Assembly: GCA_944358625.1 (NCBI GenBank)
Contig: CALVRL010000003.1
Coordinates: 1 to 41,255, forward strand
Reading direction: 5' to 3'
Source: an uncultured Bacilli bacterium
GTDB taxonomy: Bacteria > Bacillota_I > Bacilli_A > RF39 > UBA660
Length of the DNA stretch: 41,255 bases
Part shown: in pieces, positions 1 through 8,690 of the stretch
Numbering within the stretch: position 1 is the stretch's first letter
Layout: the number at the start of each line of letters is the position of its first letter
Made by a program: the position numbers and the translations under genes
Notes under the pieces: generated by a model
The model's input: the letters and a program-made list of their open reading frames with translations, nothing else
Database searches by the model: none
What the model was told of the DNA's origin: nothing

Positions 1-192
1 GATAAATATTATCCAAGTAGTCAGATATGTAGTATATGTGATTATCAAAATAAAGAAGTAAAAGATTTGAAGTTAAGGAAATGGGAATGTCCAAAATGTC
101 ATACAAAGCATGACCGTGATTATAATGCAGCACTCAATATAATGTTCGAAGGGTTAAAAATATATATGAAAGGATTAGAACAAACTATCTAA
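1..192 (+). CDS. tnpB: 3' end of IS200/IS605-family TnpB (RNA-guided endonuclease), partial at window edge
   Basis: Frame 1 reads [63 protein letters not shown]. This has the SSQxCxxC...WxCPxC zinc ribbon and the HDRDxNAAxNI RuvC-III motif. Confidence 0.92.
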   Translation, partial: DKYYPSSQICSICDYQNKEVKDLKLRKWECPKCHTKHDRDYNAALNIMFEGLKIYMKGLEQTI

Positions 193-306
193 CCATAAAT
201 TTTGACAGGTAAAAAGTTAGGGTGGCGACCATCCGATATTGGTCTATGGAGAAACCTTAGGTTTCTATGAAGTAGAAATGGCTTACCGTGAGGTAAGCCG
301 GGTCAA
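193..306 (+). ncRNA. Putative TnpB omegaRNA scaffold / IS605 right end
   Basis: GC-richer structured tract directly after the tnpB stop: hairpin AGAAACC-TTA-GGTTTCT (250-266), hairpin GGCTTACC-GTGA-GGTAAGCC (280-299), ending in GGTCAA (TCAA at 303-306, a typical right-end cleavage motif). Boundaries approximate. Confidence 0.65.
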
Positions 307-351
307 AATTTATTTGGCATTTTGTTCTATATTTTGTAAAAAATTCATATA

Positions 352-387
352 AAAAGAGGAAATAGAATATTTTTGCCGTATATTAAT
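352..387 (+). promoter_or_regulatory. Candidate alternative-sigma (SigH-like) promoter of the DUF1016 array
   Basis: AAAAGAGGA-N16-CGTATATTAAT. The same motif and spacing recur at 24381-24416 upstream of the Rpn nuclease gene. Confidence 0.45.
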
Positions 388-403
388 TTATAGAGGTGAA
401 AAT

Positions 404-1297
404 ATGAAATATTATGAAATTATAAAAGAAACATTAATAAAAAATGAAGTATATAAAAAAGTAAAAGATTATTCAAAAAATAAAAGTGATTTAAATACTT
501 ACTATGAAGTAGGAAGATTAATAGTAAAGGCTCAAGGCGGAGAGGCTAGAGCAAAATATGGAAATAAGCTAATAAAAGAATATTCAGAAAAATTAACTAA
601 AGAATTAGGTAAAGGTTATGATATTTCTAATTTAAAAAGAATGAGACAATTTTATATGTTTTTCCAAAATGGTGGCTCATTGAGCCACCATTTTGGAAAA
701 GTTAGCTGGACACATTATAGATATTTATTACCTTTGGAAGATAAAAATAAAATTAATTATTATATTTATATTACTGATAAGCTAAACTTATCAGTAAGAG
801 AGTTAAGAGAAAAAATAAAATCTAATGAATATGAAAGAATAGGAGAAAAAACAGAGTTAGAAGAACCTAAAGTAAATACGTTAATTAAAAATCCAATATT
901 AATTAAAGTAAAAAACAAAAATAATAAATTAACAGAGTATGCTCTACATCAGTCTATTTTAGAAAATATCGATGATTTTTTAAAAGAACTAGGAATAGGT
1001 TTTACATTTGCAGGTAGTGAAGTAAAAATAAAACTAGGAGACAGGTATAACTATATTGATCTATTGTTATTTAATGTAAATTATAACTGTTATGTTGTAA
1101 TAGAATTAAAGGTAACAGAGATAAAAGCAGAATATATAGGGCAAATAACAAAATATATAAATTATGTAGATAAGAATATTAAGAAAGTATTTCATGAAAA
1201 AACGGTTGGAGTAATCATATGTAAAAAAGAAAACAAATATGTTATGGAATATTGTACAAATCCCCAAATATTTGTTAGAACTTATGAAACAGTGTAG
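404..1297 (+). CDS. DUF1016/YhcG-family PD-(D/E)XK nuclease, copy 1
   Basis: N-terminal YYEVGRLIV...RAKYG...GKGY..SNLKRMRQFY...SWTHY; C-terminal FLKELGIGFTF, YIDLL, VVIELK, GQITKY, TVGVIICK; RBS GAGGTG. Confidence 0.9.
   Translation: MKYYEIIKETLIKNEVYKKVKDYSKNKSDLNTYYEVGRLIVKAQGGEARAKYGNKLIKEYSEKLTKELGKGYDISNLKRMRQFYMFFQNGGSLSHHFGKVSWTHYRYLLPLEDKNKINYYIYITDKLNLSVRELREKIKSNEYERIGEKTELEEPKVNTLIKNPILIKVKNKNNKLTEYALHQSILENIDDFLKELGIGFTFAGSEVKIKLGDRYNYIDLLLFNVNYNCYVVIELKVTEIKAEYIGQITKYINYVDKNIKKVFHEKTVGVIICKKENKYVMEYCTNPQIFVRTYETV
660..700. repeat. Perfect intragenic palindrome (20-bp arms, 1-nt centre) in DUF1016 copy 1
   Basis: TTTTCCAAAATGGTGGCTCA-T-TGAGCCACCATTTTGGAAAA. Confidence 0.97.
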
Positions 1298-1311
1298 AAA
1301 GAAGGTATTAA

Positions 1312-2196
1312 ATGAATTACTATAATGAAATAAAAGAAACATTAATAAAAAATGAAATATATAAAAAAGTAAAAGATTATTCTAAAAACAAAAGTGATTT
1401 AAATGCTTACTATGAAGTAGGAAGATTAATAGTAGAAGCACAAGGAGGAGAAGCTAGAGCAAAATATGGAAATAGGCTCATTAAAGAATATTCGGAAAAA
1501 TTAACTAAAGAGTTAGGTAAAGGGTATACAGAAAGAAATTTACGTAATATGAGAATGTTTTATATTAAGTTTAAGAAATGGCACGCAGTGCGTACCGAAT
1601 TAACTTGGACACATTATCGTGTGTTGTTATCATTAAATGATTCTAAAGCAATTGAATATTATATGAATGTTGCAGTATTTCAAAACCTTTCGTATAGAGA
1701 GTTAAGAGAAAGAATTAAAACAAAAGAATATGAAAGAATAGGAGAAAAAATAGAGTTAGAAGAGCTTAAAGTAAATACATTAATTAAAAATCCAATATTA
1801 ATTAAAGTAAAAAATAAAAACGATAAATTAACGGAATATGCTTTACATCAGTCCATTTTAGAAAATATGGAAGATTTTTTAAAAGAATTAGGAATTGGTT
1901 TTACATTTGCAGGTAGTGAGGTAAAGATAAAAATAGGTGATAGATATAACTATATTGATTTATTATTATTTAATTATATCTACAATTGTTTTGTGGTAAT
2001 AGAATTAAAGGTAACAGAGATAAAAGCAGAATATATAGGACAAATAACTAAATATATAAATTATGTAGATAAGAATATTAAAAAAGTATTTCATGAAAAG
2101 ACGGTTGGAGTAATTATATGTAAAAAAGAAAATAAATATGTCATGGAGTACTGCACGAACCCTCAAATATTTGTTAGAACTTATGAAACAGTGTAA
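1312..2196 (+). CDS. DUF1016/YhcG-family PD-(D/E)XK nuclease, copy 2
   Basis: Close paralog of copy 1 with near-identical N- and C-terminal parts and a divergent middle (about aa 73-140). Confidence 0.9.
   Translation: MNYYNEIKETLIKNEIYKKVKDYSKNKSDLNAYYEVGRLIVEAQGGEARAKYGNRLIKEYSEKLTKELGKGYTERNLRNMRMFYIKFKKWHAVRTELTWTHYRVLLSLNDSKAIEYYMNVAVFQNLSYRELRERIKTKEYERIGEKIELEELKVNTLIKNPILIKVKNKNDKLTEYALHQSILENMEDFLKELGIGFTFAGSEVKIKIGDRYNYIDLLLFNYIYNCFVVIELKVTEIKAEYIGQITKYINYVDKNIKKVFHEKTVGVIICKKENKYVMEYCTNPQIFVRTYETV
1580..1596. repeat. Near-perfect intragenic palindrome in DUF1016 copy 2
   Basis: GGCACGCA-G-TGCGTACC (7 of 8 pairs), at the homologous position to copy 1. Confidence 0.85.
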
Positions 2197-2209
2197 AAGG
2201 AGGAGTTAA

Positions 2210-3093
2210 ATGAATTACTATAATGAAATAAAAGAGACATTAATAAAAAATGAAGTATATAAAAAAGTAAAAGATTATTCAAAAAATAAAAGCGATTTAA
2301 ATACTTACTATGAAGTAAGTAGATTAATAGTAGAAGCGTGGGGCGGAGAAGCTAGGGCAAAATATGGAAATAGGCTTATTAAAGAATATTCGGAAAATTA
2401 ACTAAAGAATTAGGTAAAGGGTATAAAGAAAGCAATTTGAAAAATATGCGTCAATTTTACTTTGTTTTTAAAAATCGCCAGGCAATGCTTGGCGAATTAA
2501 CATGGAGTCATTATATTGAATTGCTTCGTTTAAGAGATATGCATGAAATAGATTATTATATTTATATAACTAAGGTTCAGAATTTATCATATCGTGAACT
2601 TCATAATAGAATAAAATCCAAAGAATATGAAAGAATAGGGGAAAAAGCAGAATTAGAAGAACCTAAAGTAAATACTTTAATTAAAAATCCAATATTAATA
2701 AAAATTAAAAATAAAAATAAAAAACTAACTGAATATGTTTTGCACCAATCCGTTTTAGAAAATATGGAAGATTTTTTAAAAGAACTAGGAATAGGTTTTA
2801 CATTTGCAGGTAGTGAAGTAAAAATAAAACTAGGAGACAGGTATAACTATATTGATCTATTGTTATTTAATGTAAATTATAACTGTTATGTTGTAATTGA
2901 ATTAAAGGTAACAGAGATAAAAGCAGAATATATAGGACAAATAACAAAGTATATAAATTATGTAGATAAGAATATTAAAAAAGTATTTCATGAAAAGACG
3001 GTTGGAGTAATTATATGTAAAAAAGAAAATAAATATGTTATGGAGTACTGTACGAACCTTCAAATATTTGTTAGATACTATGAAACATTATAA
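2210..3093 (+). pseudogene. DUF1016/YhcG nuclease copy 3, split by a 1-nt deletion
   Basis: ORFs 2210-2401 and 2437-3093 are two halves of one paralog. TCGGAAAATTA (~2391-2400) has A4 where copy 2 has TCGGAAAAATTA (A5). Confidence 0.85.
2475..2495. repeat. Near-perfect intragenic palindrome in DUF1016 copy 3
   Basis: TCGCCAGGCA-A-TGCTTGGCGA (9 Watson-Crick pairs plus 1 G-T), at the homologous position. Confidence 0.9.
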
Positions 3094-3152
3094 TTTTTCT
3101 TTAAATATTTTTTAAAATAAGATATAATTATTAAAGGATAGAGGTTGATAAA

Positions 3153-4217
3153 ATGGAATATATTATAATTGGACTTTTAATTGTCATATTAATTATTTCT
3201 ATAATTAGTTTGACTAAGAATGTAAATGAATCTAATATTACGGAAAGACTTGGAAAATTAGAAACAGAAACTATTCGTAATTTGGGTGATTTTAAAAACG
3301 ATATTAATAAAAATTTAACTGATGATTTTAATAATTTAAATGAAAGAATAGAAAATAGACTTAATTTAATTAACGATAGAGTGAATGAAAGGTTAGATCA
3401 AAATTTTGAAAAAACTAATAAAACTTTTACTTCAGTTTTAGAAAGGTTATCAAAGATAGATGAAGCTCAAAAGAAAATTGATTCTTTGTCTAATGATATT
3501 ATTTCTTTACAGTCAGTGTTAACTGATAAAAAAACTAGAGGTATTTTTGGTGAAGTTAATTTAAAACATATTTTGGTGAATGTTTTTGGCGAAAACAAAG
3601 ATAATATATATAGACTGCAGTATACTTTAAGTAATGGTACTGTTGCGGATAGTGTTATTTTTGCTCCTGAACCTTTAGGTACTATTGCGGTTGATTCTAA
3701 ATTTCCTTTAGAAGATTATCAGGCTATGGTGGATAAGAAAAATCCTAATCCCGCGCTTGCAGAACGTAAATTTAAAAGTGATATGAAAAAGCATATAGAT
3801 GCAATTGCTTCTAAATATATTATTCCTGGTGAGACGGCTGATCAAGCAATTTTATTTTTACCTGCTGAAGCTATTTTTGCTGAAGTTAATGCTTATCACC
3901 AAGATGTTTTAGATTATGCTTATAATAAAAGAGTTTGGATATGTGGACCTACTACTTTAATAAGTACGTTAACTACTTTACAAATTATTATTAAAAATAT
4001 TGAAAGGGATAAGTATACTAAAGTTATTCATAAGGAACTTAAATTACTTGATTTAGAGTTCAAAAGATATAAAGATAGATGGGATAAACTTTATAGAAGT
4101 ATCGAAACTGTTAGTAAAGATGTTAAAGATATTCATACAACTACTGATAAAATTACTAAAAGGTTTGACGCAATTAATCAAGTAAATGTGGAGGAAATTG
4201 GTCATGAAGAAGATTAA
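3153..4217 (+). CDS. rmuC: DNA recombination protein RmuC
   Basis: N-terminal TM helix, coiled coil, KTRGIFGEVNL, VDSKFP, AILFLPAEAIF, GPTTL motifs. Confidence 0.92.
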   Translation: MEYIIIGLLIVILIISIISLTKNVNESNITERLGKLETETIRNLGDFKNDINKNLTDDFNNLNERIENRLNLINDRVNERLDQNFEKTNKTFTSVLERLSKIDEAQKKIDSLSNDIISLQSVLTDKKTRGIFGEVNLKHILVNVFGENKDNIYRLQYTLSNGTVADSVIFAPEPLGTIAVDSKFPLEDYQAMVDKKNPNPALAERKFKSDMKKHIDAIASKYIIPGETADQAILFLPAEAIFAEVNAYHQDVLDYAYNKRVWICGPTTLISTLTTLQIIIKNIERDKYTKVIHKELKLLDLEFKRYKDRWDKLYRSIETVSKDVKDIHTTTDKITKRFDAINQVNVEEIGHEED

Positions 4218-4746
4218 TATATGTCTTTTAATTATTACTTTGGTTTGTTCATTTATTACGATTATGGGCGAACTTGATAAAGGTATAGTTATTATTTTAA
4301 AAGATTCTAGTATTGTTTTAACGGCTACTTTACCTTATATTTTGAATAAATTATTTAAGGTTAATTTGAGTGATGGTATTATATTTATTTGGCTTATATT
4401 TATTTTTCTAGCTCATTATATGGGGGTTACAGCTGAATTTTATAACAAATGGGAAGGCTTTGATAAGGTTGTACATACTTTTTCGGGTATTCTTACTGCT
4501 TATGCAGCTATGCTTATAGTATCTAAAAGTGATAATATTTGGTTTAATATTTTATTTATAATTTCTTTTAGTGCTTTTTGTGCGTTTGCTTGGGAGACTT
4601 TTGAGTTTGTTTGTAATATATTATTTGGTGGTGATGCGCAGAGGGTGGCTGAAACTGGTGTTACTGATACAATGATGGATATGATAGTGGCTTTTATAGG
4701 GGCTTTCATATTTAGTTTAGGTTATTATTTGAAGAAAAAAAGCTGA
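4204..4746 (+). CDS. Multi-pass membrane protein (DUF2238/VanZ-like)
   Basis: Hydrophobic helices with FDKVVHTFSG, WETFEF, DTMMD motifs. ATG 4204 preferred over GTG 4186. Confidence 0.7.
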   Translation: MKKINICLLIITLVCSFITIMGELDKGIVIILKDSSIVLTATLPYILNKLFKVNLSDGIIFIWLIFIFLAHYMGVTAEFYNKWEGFDKVVHTFSGILTAYAAMLIVSKSDNIWFNILFIISFSAFCAFAWETFEFVCNILFGGDAQRVAETGVTDTMMDMIVAFIGAFIFSLGYYLKKKS

Positions 4747-4794
4747 AAAACTATTATTTTATGGCTTTTTGATTTATAATTATTTTGAAGGGGC

Positions 4795-6930
4795 GTGAAG
4801 CTTATGGAAGAAAAAATTTTAGATATAATTAATAAACATAATAAGGCGATGACTTATGATGAGATTTTAGAAAAATTAACAGATGAAGAAATTCCTTTAC
4901 TTCCTTCAACTTTGAGTAAATTAATTAAGGATTTAAAAATTAGATTTACTAATAAGGGAAAGTATGCGAAATTCGATGATAAATCACAAAAAATAGGTGT
5001 TTTTGCGGCTAATAAACGTGGTTTTGGTTTTGTTATTGTAGATGGTGAGGATAAGGATTATCATGTTTCTTATGAAAACGTAAATGGCGCAATTGACGGT
5101 GATGAGGTTGTTATCAAAGTCATAGATGAATCTAAACATGAGGCTGCTGTTGTACGTGTTAATAAGAGAAATTTAAATAATTTATTAGTTGGTGAACTTT
5201 ATACAAAAGATGATAAAAATTTCCTTAAATTAGATGATGATAAATTAAATATTATTGTGGAAATTTCTTCTGATGATTTAGAAGGAGCTGTTCCTGGACA
5301 TAAAATTGTTGTTAAAATTGAAAATAAAATTACTAAGAGTAACTATTATCAAGGTAAGGTTATACGCATTTTAGGTCATAAGGATGATCCTGGGGTTGAT
5401 ATTTTATCTATCGCGGCTAGATATCAAATTAATGATGTTTTTCCTGATGAAGTAATAGAGGAGTTAAAGAGTATTCCGGATGAGGTTAGTAAAGAAGAAC
5501 TTGTTTCTAGAAAAGATTTGACGGGTGAGGTTATTTTTACTATTGATGGTGATGATACTAAAGATATAGATGATGCGATTAGTATTAAGAAATTAGATAA
5601 TGGTAACTATTTACTTGGTGTTCATATTGCGGATGTTAGTCATTATGTTAAAGATGGTACTGCTTTGGGCGATGAGGCTTATTTAAGGGGTACTAGTAGT
5701 TATTTGGCTAATACGGTTATTCCTATGCTTCCACATCAACTTTCTAATGGTATTTGTTCACTTAATCCTGATGTTATTAGATTAACTATTTCTTGTATTA
5801 TGGAAATTGATGATAAGGGTAATTTAGTGGATAGTGAAATTTTTGAGAGCTATATTAAATCTAGAAAACAGATGACTTATAAGAATGTCAATAAAATACT
5901 TAATGAAAATATTGTTCCTAATGGATATGATGAGTTTGTTTCTGATTTGAAATTGATGGAGGAGCTTTCTAAAATAATTAGAAAAAATAAAATAGAGAAA
6001 GGTTATCTTGATTTTGATGTTCCTGAACCTAAAATTATTACTGATAAAAATGGTAAGGCTATAGATATTCAAAGAAGAGTTCAAGATACTGGTGAGAATT
6101 TAATTGAAGATTTTATGATTATGGCTAATGAGACTGTTGCTAGTACGATTTCTTATATGGATTTACCTTTTATTTACCGTGTACATGGACTTCCTGATGA
6201 GGAGAAAATTAGAAATTTCTTACATTTTATAAATATTTTGGGTTATAAAATTCATGCGAATTTAAATAATATTACACCTAAAACTATTCAAAATATTTTG
6301 AAGCAGTTAAAGGATAAAAAAGAATATAATATTTTATCTTCTATGCTTTTAAGAAGTATGCAGAAGGCTATTTATGATAATGTAAATATTGGACACTTTG
6401 GTTTAGCTAGTAAGTTTTATACTCATTTTACTTCACCAATAAGGAGATTTCCTGATTTAACTGTTCATAGATTACTTAGGGCTTATTTGTTTAATCATAA
6501 TATTGATAATCAAACTATAGATTATTATAATAGTGTTTTACCTGATATTGCGAAACATTCTTCTGAAAGAGAAATGGCTGCGACACAGTGTGAGAGAGAT
6601 GTAGACGATATGAAGATGGCTGAATATATGGAAAGTCATGTTGGAGAGGTTTATAAGGGTGTTATTAGTACGGTTACTAATTTTGGTGTTTATGTAGAAC
6701 TTGATAATTTAGTAGAAGGTATGATTAAAATAGATGAACTTGATGATGATTATTATTTTTATGATGAATCTACATTTAGTTTGGTTGGTAAAAGAAGTCA
6801 TAAAAGATATATGCTTGGTCAGACTATAGATATTATAGTTGATAGTGTTATAAAGGATAAAGGGCTTATTAATTTTAAACTGTATAAGGGTGATAAAAGT
6901 GGAAATACTAAACAGAAAGGCGAAGTATAA
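4795..6930 (+). CDS. rnr: Ribonuclease R
   Basis: Cold-shock domain GFGFV, RNB motif [30 protein letters not shown]-terminal S1; upstream of smpB. Confidence 0.96.
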   Translation: MKLMEEKILDIINKHNKAMTYDEILEKLTDEEIPLLPSTLSKLIKDLKIRFTNKGKYAKFDDKSQKIGVFAANKRGFGFVIVDGEDKDYHVSYENVNGAIDGDEVVIKVIDESKHEAAVVRVNKRNLNNLLVGELYTKDDKNFLKLDDDKLNIIVEISSDDLEGAVPGHKIVVKIENKITKSNYYQGKVIRILGHKDDPGVDILSIAARYQINDVFPDEVIEELKSIPDEVSKEELVSRKDLTGEVIFTIDGDDTKDIDDAISIKKLDNGNYLLGVHIADVSHYVKDGTALGDEAYLRGTSSYLANTVIPMLPHQLSNGICSLNPDVIRLTISCIMEIDDKGNLVDSEIFESYIKSRKQMTYKNVNKILNENIVPNGYDEFVSDLKLMEELSKIIRKNKIEKGYLDFDVPEPKIITDKNGKAIDIQRRVQDTGENLIEDFMIMANETVASTISYMDLPFIYRVHGLPDEEKIRNFLHFINILGYKIHANLNNITPKTIQNILKQLKDKKEYNILSSMLLRSMQKAIYDNVNIGHFGLASKFYTHFTSPIRRFPDLTVHRLLRAYLFNHNIDNQTIDYYNSVLPDIAKHSSEREMAATQCERDVDDMKMAEYMESHVGEVYKGVISTVTNFGVYVELDNLVEGMIKIDELDDDYYFYDESTFSLVGKRSHKRYMLGQTIDIIVDSVIKDKGLINFKLYKGDKSGNTKQKGEV

Positions 6931-7333
6931 TTATCAGATTTTTGAGAGTTTGGAAGCGGGGATAGTTTTAACTGGAACTGAAATTAAATCTATTAGGGAA
7001 GGTAAGGCTAATATTAAAGATAGTTATGCTAGAATTAAAAATGATGAAATTTTTCTTATAAATATGCATATAAGTAGTTATGATAATGGTAATAGATTTA
7101 ATCATGATGAAACTAGAGAAAGAAAACTTTTGCTTCATAAAAAAGAAATTCTTAAATTTAGAGATAAAATTAAGTTAGAAGGATATACAATAGTTCCTTT
7201 AAAGGTTTATTTAAAAAATGGTAGAGCTAAAGTTTTAATTGGTCTTGCTAAAGGAAAGAAAAATTATGATAAAAGAGAAGATATTAAAAAAAGAGATATC
7301 GAAAGAAATATTAGAGCAAGATTAAAAAGATAG
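6890..7333 (+). CDS. smpB: SsrA-binding protein SmpB
   Basis: [41 protein letters not shown]; adjacent to tmRNA. Start may be GTG 6899. Confidence 0.97.
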   Translation: MIKVEILNRKAKYNYQIFESLEAGIVLTGTEIKSIREGKANIKDSYARIKNDEIFLINMHISSYDNGNRFNHDETRERKLLLHKKEILKFRDKIKLEGYTIVPLKVYLKNGRAKVLIGLAKGKKNYDKREDIKKRDIERNIRARLKR

Positions 7334-7383
7334 ATTTTGTTAAAAAGCTTTTATGTGGTATAATATAAGAGCTTTAATGAATT

Positions 7384-7736
7384 GGGGCCGCTTTTTGGTT
7401 TCGACAGAAATGTGGAAGATTAGATGGCAAGTCGGAGTGACACGTTAAGTCTAAAATTAAATATAACTGGAAACAGAAATAATTACGTACCAGCATTTGC
7501 CTAAGATTGGCAAGGTACACTCTTTTAATTCTATAGCTTCCATAGGATTTTAAGGGTTCGCTTTTAGGAAGATATATCATTATTTAGCCTAGAGGTAATG
7601 ATGAATTTTATAGGCTTACTAATAAAATAGTTGTTAGTTACTAATTTTTATTAGGACGTTTTATAACTAACTAAACTTGTAGATGTCTATTTGGAAATGT
7701 TTTTGGACAGGAGTTCAAATCTCCTCGGCTCCACCA
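7384..7736 (+). ncRNA. ssrA: tmRNA (SsrA); tag ORF 7469-7504 encodes (A)GNRNNYVPAFA*
   Basis: 5' GGGGCCG...GGTTTCGAC; 3' T-arm GGAGTTCAAATCTCC and acceptor CGGCTCCACCA; ATAACT-GGA resume context; TG-TATAAT -10 upstream; follows smpB. Confidence 0.96.
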
Positions 7737-7745
7737 TTTGTAATT

Positions 7746-7769
7746 AATCCCTTGATTTTCAAGGGTTTT
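7746..7769 (+). terminator. Intrinsic terminator after ssrA
   Basis: CCCTTGA-TTT-TCAAGGG followed by TTTT. Confidence 0.7.
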
Positions 7770-7910
7770 AATATATTTTGTTTTTGCTGTGTTAGTAAGT
7801 TGTTTCATTATACTGGAATAACTTTTAATATGTAAATCAAATTTTTGTTTATCTAGACTTTATATTTACCTATTGATATAATGTAACTAGTGAATTTAAT
7901 GAGGTGATTT

Positions 7911-8657
7911 ATGTTTGATATTAAGATTAATATAATGGATAATGTAGATATGGATATAATAAGTAATATAGAATATAAACTTTTGAATGGTTTTGATTTA
8001 ACACAAAATGAATTAGATTATTTTTTGAATTATGTGGCTTATCAGACTAGAGTTTTACTTTCTTTTAAAAAAAATAAAAATATAGAAGATTATAATTTTA
8101 ATTTTATGTGTGATACCGCACAGTCTATAATTGCAAGATATTTTGATGAACTTGGTTTAGTTTATAATGCTGTTCAAACTCAAGATGCTATTTCTAAAGA
8201 TATTTTAGGTCATAGTTTTATTGTTTGTTCGTTTATGGTAGATGGTCTGGATAAAAGTTATATTATTGATCCTACTTTTAATCAGTTCTTTGATATTGAT
8301 AGATGTAAAGAAAGTGAATTTAAAGTTATTAACAATAATGTTTTGAAAACTCCTGATTTGGGATATTTTGCTTTAAAATCTAATGAGAATTCTCAAAATA
8401 GTATAAAAAAATTACTTAAAAGAGGTTATATAAAATTAAATGAAGAGACGGCAAAAATTTATGGTGATTTATTTTATAAAACTAAACTTGGTAGTGTAAA
8501 TTATTTTAATTCTAATTTAGAAATGCCTGGTAATATTTATATTAAAAGTTTTTTAAAAGCTAATTCAAAATTAACTTATACTTTGGATGAGTTAAGAGAA
8601 ATGGGACTTAGTTTAGAAACTTGCTATAAGGATAAAAAAAATAGTATAAATTTTTAA
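7911..8657 (+). CDS. Hypothetical protein with a possible Cys-His-Asp (transglutaminase/papain-like) triad
   Basis: 248-aa ORF with RBS GAGGTGA; motifs MCDTAQ, GHSFI, YIIDPTFNQF in the expected order. Confidence 0.55.
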   Translation: MFDIKINIMDNVDMDIISNIEYKLLNGFDLTQNELDYFLNYVAYQTRVLLSFKKNKNIEDYNFNFMCDTAQSIIARYFDELGLVYNAVQTQDAISKDILGHSFIVCSFMVDGLDKSYIIDPTFNQFFDIDRCKESEFKVINNNVLKTPDLGYFALKSNENSQNSIKKLLKRGYIKLNEETAKIYGDLFYKTKLGSVNYFNSNLEMPGNIYIKSFLKANSKLTYTLDELREMGLSLETCYKDKKNSINF

Positions 8658-8690
8658 TAACTTTCCACAATATAATTGAGGAGGGAAGTT

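Noticed and set aside
221-230. GGTGGC in the omegaRNA matching the arm of the copy 1 palindrome
   Set aside because: Only 6 nt match, which is compatible with chance; no longer complementarity was found.
404-3093. DGR-type diversification of the DUF1016 variable region
   Set aside because: Differences are not adenine-specific, and no template repeat or reverse transcriptase is visible.
7374-7580. 68-aa minus-strand ORF
   Set aside because: Antisense to tmRNA; shadow ORF.
7737-7900. Prophage or integrative element at ssrA
   Set aside because: No integrase, and I did not see a duplicated ssrA 3' end elsewhere in the window.
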